Assembly: GCA_020442635.1 (NCBI GenBank)
Contig: JAGRJR010000007.1
Span: 434-64,433 of the forward strand
Source: Lysobacterales bacterium
GTDB lineage: Bacteria; Pseudomonadota; Gammaproteobacteria; Xanthomonadales; Marinicellaceae
DNA: 64,000 bases
Reading direction: 5' to 3'
Position numbers and translations under genes: made by a program. Every line of letters starts with the position of its first letter. Position 1 is the stretch's first letter. Shown here in pieces: positions 1 through 10,003 of this stretch. Under the pieces are notes generated by a model that was given only the letters and a program-made list of their open reading frames with translations, was not told the DNA's origin and did no database searches.

Positions 1-1888
1 AGGGGAACCCAATGTAGTCAATCAGTTTCTGAGCGACTTTCAAATTAACTTCATTATCTTCGACCAGTAAAATGGTTTTGGAGATATGACTTAAATCAAC
101 ATCTGCTTTCTCAACCGCTGCTTCGTCGTTTTCAGTGGTTTCTACGACTGTTGTGTTGTCATCATAAACAACTTCCTCTTGATCTGCATCCAGCTCCATC
201 ACTTTTTCTGGTGAAAATCGGCGTTCAAACTCACCAATCACCAGTTCCATGTCTTTATCGGGGTTAATGATTTGGATGTTTTTGTATTGTCTGATACCAG
301 CGATATGTTCGCTTTTACTGACGGCACAAATCCATACATCATCTAAATCGCCTTTCTCAACCAACAAAAGGACTTGTCTGAAGGTTTTGGCATTGGTGTC
401 GAAATCAATGAACATCAAAGTGGTTTTACCATCCTGGATACCACGAGCAGCCTTTATTCTGGAGAGTGCATGCTGATAGTTAAGAGAAGTTTGGACAGGT
501 AGTTGTAGCTTTTCAAGTTTGCCCTGGATATTCTTGAATAAAGCCGGATTGGTATTGACCAATATGGCTTGATGTTGATGAACTTCAGAGCCACCCTCCA
601 AACCTTTGCCTGCAGATTTACTAAAGGGTATTTCAAACCAGAAAGTACTGCCTATACCTTGTTTGGATTCTACACCGATACTCCCTTTTAATAGTTCAAC
701 AATCTTTTTACTGATGGCCAATCCCAAGCCAGTACCACCAAATTTTCGGGTTGATGAGTTATCTGCCTGGGTAAAGGCATTGAACAGTTTTTCGACCTGA
801 TCTTCAGGAATGCCAATGCCCTGATCTTTCACGGTGAAACGAATCAGTTCATTGGCTGTAAAGTTTTTAATTCTTTTGACTTCAATAACCACTTTGCCGT
901 GGTCAGAGAACTTGATGGCATTGGATAAGATATTGGTTAAAACCTGACGAATTCTGATGGGGTCGCCTCTGAGCAATGGATTGATTTGATCATCAAAATC
1001 CAGAGTGATTTCCAAACCCTTGCGATCAGCCGAGGGTTTCAGATTGTCAACCACTTCATCAACCACTTTTTTTAATTTAATGCCAGTAACCTCAATGGTG
1101 AGTTTTCCTGCTTCAACCTTGGAGTAATCCAGTAAATCGTCAATCAGTTTTTGCATCTGAGTGGCCGAAGTATGTGCTGTATTGAGGTAATCTCTTTGAA
1201 AATCATTCAGCTCCGTATCCATCACGATATCAATCAATGGAACAATACCGTTAAGTGGCGTTCTGATTTCATGACTCATGGTGGCCAAGAACTCCATCTT
1301 GGCCATTTCTGCAGCGGACAAATCTACCTGTAGGCTCTTGATTTCGTGTTTCAGCTGTTTAATTTCCTGCTTGGCCTCTTCAGCTTTTTTAACCTGGCGA
1401 GCCAAACTGGCTGGTAAAGGATCTGTTGTGCGTTCTTTGATGACTGGTTTGGCTAAAAGATGTTTGCTGGCAACTGTTAAAAAGCTCAAAATACACAGGT
1501 AGAAAAAAATAAAAGCAAAAGGAGAGGTAAGTCCGGTGTTGGCAGATGATTGTGTCATCATCAACACCATCAAGCTCAACACTGGAGCAGCGGCAGCGGC
1601 AGCTACATTTTTAATTTTCAGTTCAGTCAGTACCAAAAGTCCAGCAATCCAACATAATGCCAAAGTGGCATATAAAGTTGTATGGATATCTTCGGAAAAC
1701 CAAAAACTGATGGCCAAAAATAAACTGGCGACCAAAGGTATTGTTCGATTAACCTGTTCAGCAACTATTTCATCAAATCGATCAGCGATAATGGGTAAGG
1801 TGTAAATCCAACCACCTAAGATGATGAATGAAAAAATGCACAGGCTTATCAGTAGTGTTCCAGATTCTACCGATCCCAAAATTAGCAT
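1..1888 (-). CDS. hybrid sensor histidine kinase/response regulator (3' end runs off the window)
   Basis: Absent from the ORF track because the frame exits the left edge. Own minus-strand translation shows N-terminal TM segments and a coiled coil. It has H-box FLATMSHEIRTPLNG and ATPase boxes LSNAIKF, DQGIGI, GGTGLGLAISK. A receiver domain begins ILLVEDNEVNLKVAQ at the edge. First in-frame ATG is 1888; TTG 1912 or GTG 1903 are possible. Confidence 0.85.
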   Translation of the reverse strand, partial: MLILGSVESGTLLISLCIFSFIILGGWIYTLPIIADRFDEIVAEQVNRTIPLVASLFLAISFWFSEDIHTTLYATLALCWIAGLLVLTELKIKNVAAAAAAPVLSLMVLMMTQSSANTGLTSPFAFIFFYLCILSFLTVASKHLLAKPVIKERTTDPLPASLARQVKKAEEAKQEIKQLKHEIKSLQVDLSAAEMAKMEFLATMSHEIRTPLNGIVPLIDIVMDTELNDFQRDYLNTAHTSATQMQKLIDDLLDYSKVEAGKLTIEVTGIKLKKVVDEVVDNLKPSADRKGLEITLDFDDQINPLLRGDPIRIRQVLTNILSNAIKFSDHGKVVIEVKRIKNFTANELIRFTVKDQGIGIPEDQVEKLFNAFTQADNSSTRKFGGTGLGLAISKKIVELLKGSIGVESKQGIGSTFWFEIPFSKSAGKGLEGGSEVHQHQAILVNTNPALFKNIQGKLEKLQLPVQTSLNYQHALSRIKAARGIQDGKTTLMFIDFDTNAKTFRQVLLLVEKGDLDDVWICAVSKSEHIAGIRQYKNIQIINPDKDMELVIGEFERRFSPEKVMELDADQEEVVYDDNTTVVETTENDEAAVEKADVDLSHISKTILLVEDNEVNLKVAQKLIDYIGFP

Positions 1889-2117
1889 CAGTAGTGACAA
1901 CACAAACAACAAAAATTTATTGTTCTGTAAATAATCCATTTATTCCCTCTCGAATTCTTAACCCCAAATGGTGGTGGATTAACTGCCTGTAAAGGCTCTG
2001 TTCTTATTATTTGAATAACTGATTTTATCTAAATTTTGTTTCTCCCGAAAGCACTTTCTAAGGTTTTTATGCATAAAAAAGCCCTAATTATTTGATATTT
2101 CAGTTTTTTTTAGGAAG

Positions 2118-5100
2118 TTATTGTATTTGCAGTATTTTTTTTATTTGTTTTTTTGCTGCATTGAAAGAAAACCAGTTTTCTACATTTTCCAAACCACCGG
2201 AAGAAATTTGGTTCCATAAGGGTTCATCCTGATACAGTTTAATCACTGCTTGTGCGAATTCTTTAGGCTCATCAGCCATCATCACATCTTGTTTGTGAGT
2301 AGTGTGCATACCTTCCACTGCCACTTTGGTGCCAACCACAGGTTGTCCATAACTCATGCTCATATTGACTTTACCTTTGACTCCAGCGCCAAATCGTAAA
2401 GGGGCTACGGCAATCCGAATGTCTTGCATAAAAGGTTCAATGTCTTCAACAAAGCCATGGAACTTGATGTTTGGTTGATCTCCCAAGGCAGAGACTTGTT
2501 TGGGTGCTTTCGAGCCGATGATATGTAAAGTGATGTGGGGTAAAGATTCACTAATGATTGGGAAAATTTCCTCAACAAACCACAAAATACCATCCACATT
2601 CGGAGTGTGTTGGTAGCCACCTATAAACATGATGTCCCGGCGTTGTTGAAATGATTTTTGATTGCCATAGACTTCATGGATATTGGATAACACATCGACC
2701 TTCAGGGCAGGGTTTTCCTTGGACAAGACTTTTTGCTCATAGGGACTTACCACTAATGTCAGGTTACAAGCAGCAGCCACGGATAACTCTTGTTGTTTGG
2801 TTTTTTTGGCTGCTTTTATCAAAGTTTCGTCGTTAGCTACTTCCGCCATTCGTTGCTCTCGCAAATAGTGCAAATCAACGGTATCAAACCAGGTTTTTGC
2901 TTGAGGACAATAGCTTTTTATGGCCGACATCAGGGGTTTGGCTACATAGTAACGACTCAATATAACCAGATCAAACACTTCTCCTTTGGTTTTCAGAAAT
3001 TCTATAGGGCTGTGGTACTTTGGCGCATAAACACATTCAATACCCAATTGTTGCAGGTCAGTGGTGTAATGATCAAAATGAGCCATATTTTCTGGAATAA
3101 AGCTCACCTGATAACCTAACTCATGAAAAATTTGCATCAAGTTGAGCATCCGCAGTGAACCGGAATCCTGATCGGGTGTGGGTGTACATGCATCCATAAT
3201 AAGCACCCTTTTGGGTTGGTTCTGAAATCGTGCTTGTTCTATATTGCTTCCCGCCACAGGTTGTTGTTTGAGTTCATGTTGCCATTTGTCGAGGAATTTT
3301 TGTTGATTAACGACTTGGTATTTTTTGGTGCCTGAACTGAGATCAGTGCCTGATGAAATGCCCTCAAAATGGATGATTTTGCTGAGTGGTTGGTAATAAA
3401 CTTTAAGGCCTTTTTTTCTCACCGCAAATGCCAAATCGGTGTCTTCATAATAGGCGGGTTTGTAGCGTTGATCAAACTGACCCAAGTCATCAAAAAGTGT
3501 TTTTTTAATGATGATGCTGGCGCCGCTGCAATAGGAAACTTCCCTGACATGTTGAAATTCTGGCGCATCAGGTGAATCAAACCGACCATAGTTCCAACCA
3601 GAAGCGTCAGCAAACACGATGCCACCAGCCTCCTGTAAACGACCGTCGGGATAAATCAATTGAGAACCCACTAGACCAGCATCAGGATAAGCCTCAAATG
3701 TGCTAACCAAAGAGTCGAGCCATCCGGGTAATACCTCGGTGTCATTGTTTAAAAACAACAAAAAGGAACCCTTGGCTAAGCTGGCGCCAGTATTACAAGA
3801 TTCGATAAAACCACCATTTTGCTTTTGCGTATGCGCGGTAATGCCGCTGATCTTGGTTAATTGTTGTTGGGTGTCATCGGTAGAACAATCGTTGACCACA
3901 ATCACTTCAAAAGGTGTTTTGTCTTGAAGACTGGCCAATGATTCCAGACAGTGGTAAGTATGTTTGTATTGGTTGTAAACCGGAATGATGATGCTCACTG
4001 TGGGATCAGTGGTGGTGGCAACTGTTAAAGGTTGGTAGTACTCCTTGATTTCATGGGCTTGTACTGTTGATACGGGCTTTTGATCTTTTTTTAGCTTTTG
4101 TGCAGCTATTTTGGCGGTGTCTTTCAAACCTCTGGTTTTCAGACTGTTACGAACCCGTTTTGGGAGTCCTGTTAATTGGTTAAAACGAAACTTAATTGCG
4201 TTGCGTTTATGTCTGGCCCAAGTGGTAAAAGTCCTTATCGGCTTGGTCATTCTCCAGGAGCGACTGTTGTAAACTTCATTTAACTCATTTTCTCTGGATG
4301 TTAAGGTCTGTTGGGTTGTTGTTAGTTGTACTTGTGTTTCTTTCAGGGTCTGGCTTGTTTCGGTTAAGGCTTGTTGCGTTTCAGCCAGCTTTTGTTGTGT
4401 GCTTTTGACTGCGTTGCTTTCAAAGGCTAGTTTTTGTTGCAATGTTGAAATGATATTTTGCAGGTGCGTTGTTTCCTTACGCTCAAGCTCTAAATTATGC
4501 TCCAGGTGTTTGGTTTGTTTGTCCAGTGCTAAGGCCCAATCTTGTTTCGTTACCACTTCAGATTCAAGTGAAAGTATCCGATTAGTAAGCTGCGAGTTTT
4601 TATCACTTAGGTTCAACGTCCTTTGTATAAAAGGTTCAGCTGACAATAAACCTTGGGTTTTATATGCAGGTGGATTCAATTCAAAAGCTGCTAACAGCCG
4701 TAAATATTGAGCTTTGTTTACTAACAGGTCAGGTTGTTGGGTGTTTTTCGCATTGTCACTGACTTGTTTCAGTAACTCAGTTTGAGGCATGAGTGCTGTT
4801 ATCTTATCTGCTATTTCTTTCCCATGTTTATTGACCAGAAAACCATTGTTACCATCTTGGATGCGGTTGGCCAAAGCACCAGACCTGGTCGCCAGTACTG
4901 GTAAACCTAACATTTGTAATTCGGACAATGCATAGCTGAAAGTTTCGGAAGCAAGGGAGCTCATCAAAGCCAATTGCGGCGAATATTCTGCAACAAGTTC
5001 TCTCAGTTTTTTATGAGAAAAGTGTTTAATTACCACTGCATTCGGGTAGTGTTTGAATCTGGCTCCAGAATCACCCGCGCCGAGTAAAATGAACGCTATG

Positions 5101-6470
5101 TCATGATGATGTGACAGTTGCTTTATACATTCGTGAAGCAGCTGTTCACCTTTGGGCTTATTAACCCGACCCAAGACCAATACTTTAAATTTATCAGAGG
5201 AGTTTTGATAATTTATCGCGGAAAGTTGTGGAACACCATGGGGTATCACTGTAGCATTTTTATAGCAGGCAGAACTTTCAAGTTTAAGCAGATTGTTAAC
5301 AACTGATTGGTCTGGTGCCACAATTTTGACATGTGGCTGAGATAGCAAACGGTTGTTGGCTTTCTGCCAGCCAATCAAGTCATTTTTACCAATAGAGCCA
5401 AACGGTTCTTCACTGGTTTTCTCAAGCGCTAAATCAAGTGCTTTTGTGGTGATTTCAGGCTTGTCCAGTTCAGCTTGCAGACTGGGCCAGTGTGGAAAGT
5501 AGTCATGTAAAACCCTAATAGTCGGTAAACCGCTGTTTAAGCAATCCATGGCGTGACCAATTACAGATGAAACAACTATGGCCTGAATCCCGTAATCCAT
5601 GAGCAGCCGAGAGAAGATCATCTTATATTCTTGGTGACTGACTGTTGTTGCCGCAATCGGTTGGCTCAAATGAAACTCATTGATGGCTACAGACTCAGTT
5701 GATTGAAAATACAGCTTGAGTTTTTCGCCATACCTTTGTCGAAAAAGTTCGCCATGACTGGCCAGGATGTAATGATTAAAATCAGTTTGATTGGCAATAA
5801 AGTCTTCCAGCCATTTTTGTACGCCTCCACCCCAATCCATAACGACATGAAGTAAGTTGGGTTTTTGATTGAGGTTTGGATAAACTTGGTTTTCATAGGT
5901 GACTGAACCAGGTTCTTGGCTAAAAAACCAATGGAGCTTTGCCAAGGGATGAGCTGGTAAAGGGTTTTGATTACCTATTTCAGGTGCACTTGCACCCATA
6001 ACGTTACCAAGGTGTTTAGGTTCCTGAATCAGCAAGTTGTTGCAAGCATAAATTTGATTGGGTTGGTCTAAAGATGAAAGGTTTCTGAGTGCAAAGACAT
6101 GAGGATTAAGTCTTGTGGTAATGAATGTTTGTGGTTGTTGAGCGACAAATATGGCGTGATCAAGTGTTCTTTCATCACCATTGAATACTTTTCCATCAGC
6201 CAGTGGTGATAATTCGTATATTTCTGTGGTCAGGGCGGTGATACAATTGATTTCTTTATTGTCCAACAAGGGTTGTAGCAGGCGTACCTGCCAATAATCG
6301 GGCAACACAGCTTGTTTGTTGATAACAATAATGAATGGGTCGTTTTCACAATTGGATTTAATGAAGTCAAAAAGAGCCTCATCACAATGTGAAAAAGTGG
6401 TGTGCCAAGTCAGCCCGGATTGGCTGTTTTCCTTGCAATTGAAATATACCAGTTGAACATTATCAGACAT
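2118..6470 (-). CDS. giant multidomain glycosyltransferase (GT4-like + coiled coil + GT2 + GT4-like)
   Basis: 1450-aa ORF. GT2 signature VSIIIPVYNQ...VIVVNDCSTDDT...YYEDTDLAF. Two GT-B-like modules (LVLGRVNKPKGEQ...; FIGGYQHTPNVDG...GAGVKGKV). A Q/T/E/L-rich coiled coil (LESEVV...ENELNEV) sits between modules. Confidence 0.8.
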   Translation of the reverse strand: MSDNVQLVYFNCKENSQSGLTWHTTFSHCDEALFDFIKSNCENDPFIIVINKQAVLPDYWQVRLLQPLLDNKEINCITALTTEIYELSPLADGKVFNGDERTLDHAIFVAQQPQTFITTRLNPHVFALRNLSSLDQPNQIYACNNLLIQEPKHLGNVMGASAPEIGNQNPLPAHPLAKLHWFFSQEPGSVTYENQVYPNLNQKPNLLHVVMDWGGGVQKWLEDFIANQTDFNHYILASHGELFRQRYGEKLKLYFQSTESVAINEFHLSQPIAATTVSHQEYKMIFSRLLMDYGIQAIVVSSVIGHAMDCLNSGLPTIRVLHDYFPHWPSLQAELDKPEITTKALDLALEKTSEEPFGSIGKNDLIGWQKANNRLLSQPHVKIVAPDQSVVNNLLKLESSACYKNATVIPHGVPQLSAINYQNSSDKFKVLVLGRVNKPKGEQLLHECIKQLSHHHDIAFILLGAGDSGARFKHYPNAVVIKHFSHKKLRELVAEYSPQLALMSSLASETFSYALSELQMLGLPVLATRSGALANRIQDGNNGFLVNKHGKEIADKITALMPQTELLKQVSDNAKNTQQPDLLVNKAQYLRLLAAFELNPPAYKTQGLLSAEPFIQRTLNLSDKNSQLTNRILSLESEVVTKQDWALALDKQTKHLEHNLELERKETTHLQNIISTLQQKLAFESNAVKSTQQKLAETQQALTETSQTLKETQVQLTTTQQTLTSRENELNEVYNSRSWRMTKPIRTFTTWARHKRNAIKFRFNQLTGLPKRVRNSLKTRGLKDTAKIAAQKLKKDQKPVSTVQAHEIKEYYQPLTVATTTDPTVSIIIPVYNQYKHTYHCLESLASLQDKTPFEVIVVNDCSTDDTQQQLTKISGITAHTQKQNGGFIESCNTGASLAKGSFLLFLNNDTEVLPGWLDSLVSTFEAYPDAGLVGSQLIYPDGRLQEAGGIVFADASGWNYGRFDSPDAPEFQHVREVSYCSGASIIIKKTLFDDLGQFDQRYKPAYYEDTDLAFAVRKKGLKVYYQPLSKIIHFEGISSGTDLSSGTKKYQVVNQQKFLDKWQHELKQQPVAGSNIEQARFQNQPKRVLIMDACTPTPDQDSGSLRMLNLMQIFHELGYQVSFIPENMAHFDHYTTDLQQLGIECVYAPKYHSPIEFLKTKGEVFDLVILSRYYVAKPLMSAIKSYCPQAKTWFDTVDLHYLREQRMAEVANDETLIKAAKKTKQQELSVAAACNLTLVVSPYEQKVLSKENPALKVDVLSNIHEVYGNQKSFQQRRDIMFIGGYQHTPNVDGILWFVEEIFPIISESLPHITLHIIGSKAPKQVSALGDQPNIKFHGFVEDIEPFMQDIRIAVAPLRFGAGVKGKVNMSMSYGQPVVGTKVAVEGMHTTHKQDVMMADEPKEFAQAVIKLYQDEPLWNQISSGGLENVENWFSFNAAKKQIKKILQIQ

Positions 6471-6538
6471 CCGCGCATTCTACCAAAAAAAACCCCCAGC
6501 AATGCGGAGGTTTTCTTTAAAACTTTTTTAAAGATTTA

Positions 6539-7291
6539 TCAAAACAGCTCTTTAGGTAAGGATTGTTGTTTATAGCCGACAGGAACGATGAATGTGTCTG
6601 CTGGTAAGTCGTCATTATTGATGGTGTTCAACACACCTTTTTGTGACTCCATATCAAAATAGACTGGGATAACCTGGCCAATGGCTTCAAAATTCATACT
6701 TTGATCCTGACCAAATTGTGAAGCCAGCTTTTCTGCTACTTTCATAAAACCAGCAACAGCGCCATATTCGGTATCAGATATACCCAATTTGCTGTAACTG
6801 GTTACACAAAACTCACCATCTTTGGCATTTTGAGATTCTTTGATGACAACTTCACAACCAAAATCATTATAGCTTTTGGTTTCACCACTTTTGATGTATT
6901 TAGGAGCCGGTGCTTGTTTGGGCATTTTTTGTTTAATCATTGATTCCATCATGCCGCGCATTTGTTCACGTTGTGATTCAGGCAATTGCGCTAATTGTTC
7001 ATTAATCATTTTATCCATCATTTTTGAAACATCACTTAGTGCTTCTATCTCTCTTTGTCCAAACTCCAAAAAAGATTTTTCAGCATGGTTGATGACTGTA
7101 AAGACCGTTTTGTTGGCATCAAAAATAACCGCAGTTTCTGCTTCGGAGCTGCTGATCATTTTAACTTTGCCATCCGTTAGCAGCATTTTGCTTTGTTCAT
7201 TACCATTGCTGTCGTGGTATATCAAGGTGGTGTCTGCCGGAGCAATACCAGCGCCTAAGCATCCAGCTATCAGTAAAGCTTTGAATTTCAT
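6539..7291 (-). CDS. hypothetical lipoprotein
   Basis: 250-aa ORF with signal peptide and lipobox (LIAGC). No recognisable catalytic motif. Confidence 0.55.
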   Translation of the reverse strand: MKFKALLIAGCLGAGIAPADTTLIYHDSNGNEQSKMLLTDGKVKMISSSEAETAVIFDANKTVFTVINHAEKSFLEFGQREIEALSDVSKMMDKMINEQLAQLPESQREQMRGMMESMIKQKMPKQAPAPKYIKSGETKSYNDFGCEVVIKESQNAKDGEFCVTSYSKLGISDTEYGAVAGFMKVAEKLASQFGQDQSMNFEAIGQVIPVYFDMESQKGVLNTINNDDLPADTFIVPVGYKQQSLPKELF

Positions 7292-7414
7292 ATGTTGTTC
7301 TCGGTTTTAAAAAAGGCTTATTGTACGAATTAAAATTTAATCTCATGTTAACATGGCCAAACTTTTTTTGTGAACTTCGTCAGAATAATTGTGAATCGCC
7401 AAAGTAATGCCAAA

Positions 7415-9454
7415 ATGCCACAAAAAACCTACGTTCGATGGTTGTATCGAGGTTTTTTGTATTTATTTGGCGTTGTTGTAGGTTTAACAATACCTTGGTA
7501 CATATACATCAGCCATGTTACGGATTCTATTGTTAATGAACAATGGGAAATTCCATCAGTGGTTTATGCCAGACCTTTGGAATTGTATGTTGGTAAAAAC
7601 CTGACGCCAGAAGCTTTGGTTTTTGAATTAGACTTATTAGGCTATCAGGCTGTCAATGGGACACCGAAATTGGGACAGTATCAAATTTATCAGAACAACT
7701 TTGATATCTATAGCAAGGGTTTTGCTTTCACCGATAAAAACAGCCCGCCAAAAAGGATTAAAATAAACCTTTCGGAAAGTAAAATCGTTGAAATGACACC
7801 GGCCATTTATCGACTTGAACCCAAAGTTATTGGTCACTTTTATTCATCAGGACTGGAAAATCGGCAGCCAGTTAAAGTCAATGATATTCCAGACACCATG
7901 GTCAAGGGTTTACAAGCGGTTGAAGATCAGGATTTTAATCATCACCATGGTGTTTCATGGACAGGTATCATTCGAGCAGCCTATAAAAACTTGATGGCTG
8001 GTGAGATTGTGCAGGGAGGCAGCACCATCACCCAACAGTTGGTCAAAAATAAACTGCAATACAATCACAGCAGTATTTTACGCAAACTACACGAAGCACT
8101 GGCAGCGACTTTGTTAGAAAACAAGCTTAATAAAAAAGAAATCATCGAAATGTATTTCAATGAAATCTATTGGGGACAAGATGGAAAAGTATCGATACAT
8201 GGCGTTGCCGAAGCCGCCAGTTATTATTTTGCCAAAGATGTCAGACAGCTTAATATAGCTGAACAGGCACTGCTGGTTGGTATCATCAAGGGCCCTTCTT
8301 GGTATAACCCGTTCAGACAAGCTGAACGCGCCATACAGCGCCGCAATCTGGTGCTTAAAATATGGTTTGAAACAGCCATCATCAGTCAACAACAGTGGCA
8401 ACAAAGTAAAAATCAACCATTGGGTTTGAGTGGACATCGCAACATCAAAGCCGATTTTGCCGATTATATGGATGTGGTCAAAAGTCAGTTGAAAGCACAA
8501 TTCAAGGCCTCCGATCTGAGGCAAAAAGGCCTTAAAATTTTTACTTATTTAGATCCCTACATTCAATACAAAACCACCCAAACAGCTCGAAAAACCAGCC
8601 AATGGCTGTCATCAGATGTGGAAAGCGCGATTGTTGTCAGCGGTGCACAAAATGCAGAATTAAAAGCCATCAGCGGTTCAAAAAACGAACGTTCTCACTA
8701 CAATCGCGCACTGTTGGCAAAACGGCAAATCGGTTCTCTGATCAAGCCGTTTGTCTATTTGGCAGGATTGGAAACTTTGTCGGATTTTGATCTACAGGCT
8801 GATTTACATGATGAGCCCATCAAGTTGAAGACTGATGAAGGTACGGTATGGCAACCCAAAAATTGGGATAATAAAAGTTGGGGCATAATTGCTGCCAAGG
8901 AAGCCTTGGTTCATTCCCGAAATCAGGCGACGGTTGATTTGGGTTTGAAAATTAGCTTGAAAAAGTTCATTGGTTTTATGCAAGACCTGGGTTTAAATGT
9001 TAATCGCAGTCGTCACCCGTCACTGTTCCTTGGAGCCATTGACTTAACCCCGTTTGAAGTTCAACATCTGTTTAGTGTGTTTTCATCCAGGGGACAGAAT
9101 GCGCAGGTTCTTGCCGTCAACTACATCACGAATGTAGATAATGAATTGCTCAGTCACAACAAGCACCAAAATAAACTGCAAATCAACATCTCAAATATTG
9201 ACCTGATTAATCAAGCAATGTATGCCATAACCATCCGTGGCACGGCAAAAGCCATCAGCGAAAAATTTCAGCTTCCCGGCACTTGGTTTGGTAAAACCGG
9301 CACCACCAATGCAGGAAGAGACAGCTGGTTTTCAGGGTTTAATCAGGAACTGTTAGCTACCGTTTGGGTGGGTAGTGATGACAATGGTTCCACGCCTTAT
9401 TCCGGCAGCAGTGGTGCGCTGATATTGTGGGCTCATTTGTTTATGAATTTATAG
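7415..9454 (+). CDS. mrcB: bifunctional penicillin-binding protein 1B-like (transglycosylase/transpeptidase)
   Basis: N-terminal TM. GT51 motifs EDQDFNHHHGV and GGSTITQQLVKN. Transpeptidase SxxK (SLIK), SxN (SRN) and KTGTT. ATG 7415 is preferred over the track's GTG 7370. Confidence 0.8.
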   Translation: MPQKTYVRWLYRGFLYLFGVVVGLTIPWYIYISHVTDSIVNEQWEIPSVVYARPLELYVGKNLTPEALVFELDLLGYQAVNGTPKLGQYQIYQNNFDIYSKGFAFTDKNSPPKRIKINLSESKIVEMTPAIYRLEPKVIGHFYSSGLENRQPVKVNDIPDTMVKGLQAVEDQDFNHHHGVSWTGIIRAAYKNLMAGEIVQGGSTITQQLVKNKLQYNHSSILRKLHEALAATLLENKLNKKEIIEMYFNEIYWGQDGKVSIHGVAEAASYYFAKDVRQLNIAEQALLVGIIKGPSWYNPFRQAERAIQRRNLVLKIWFETAIISQQQWQQSKNQPLGLSGHRNIKADFADYMDVVKSQLKAQFKASDLRQKGLKIFTYLDPYIQYKTTQTARKTSQWLSSDVESAIVVSGAQNAELKAISGSKNERSHYNRALLAKRQIGSLIKPFVYLAGLETLSDFDLQADLHDEPIKLKTDEGTVWQPKNWDNKSWGIIAAKEALVHSRNQATVDLGLKISLKKFIGFMQDLGLNVNRSRHPSLFLGAIDLTPFEVQHLFSVFSSRGQNAQVLAVNYITNVDNELLSHNKHQNKLQINISNIDLINQAMYAITIRGTAKAISEKFQLPGTWFGKTGTTNAGRDSWFSGFNQELLATVWVGSDDNGSTPYSGSSGALILWAHLFMNL

Positions 9455-9511
9455 CTAAACAAATGAGCTCAGGGTTGTTCTGACATCACTATCAAGCTAA
9501 GATGAGCCGCT

Positions 9512-10003
9512 ATGAAAAACAGACTAACATTTTGGTTATTGGCTATGGTAACTGTGTTATTTGCCAGCAGTTGTAGTCAACACAGACCAATAGACATTAA
9601 TGACGACATTCGTGACCCTTCCGAACATGAACAATCGGTGATTCAAATCGCTCCAATGGTGCCCGAAGCTGTACAAATTTTGCTTCAAGAAGCAGAAAGT
9701 CAACAACAGCATGACCAAATTGAACAAGCCCTTTTAACCTTGAAAAGGGCTTTAAGTATCAGCCCAGGTTCAGCCTTGGTGCAACAACACTTGGCAGAGC
9801 TGTATCTGGCCGAAGGTGATTATCAGCAGGCCTTTGGCTGGTCAAACAGGGTATTTCAACAAGGCCCAACGCATGGTTCTGTATGCGAACGTGCCCGCAG
9901 AACGCTGGCCTTGGCTGCAGAGATGCTCAATGACGTAGAGACTCAAGCGCAAGCACTTGAATCAATCAGTGACTGTACTTTGCCAGCACCGAAAAAATAC
10001 TGA
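9512..10003 (+). CDS. TPR-like lipoprotein
   Basis: Signal peptide with lipobox (FASSC). TPR-like helices (LAELYLAEGDYQQAFGW). Confidence 0.55.
   Translation: MKNRLTFWLLAMVTVLFASSCSQHRPIDINDDIRDPSEHEQSVIQIAPMVPEAVQILLQEAESQQQHDQIEQALLTLKRALSISPGSALVQQHLAELYLAEGDYQQAFGWSNRVFQQGPTHGSVCERARRTLALAAEMLNDVETQAQALESISDCTLPAPKKY

Noticed and set aside
1938-1940. ATG with a good SD as the start of the sensor kinase
   Set aside because: That frame hits TAA after seven codons. The H-box and receiver domains are in the +1 frame, whose first ATG is at 1888.
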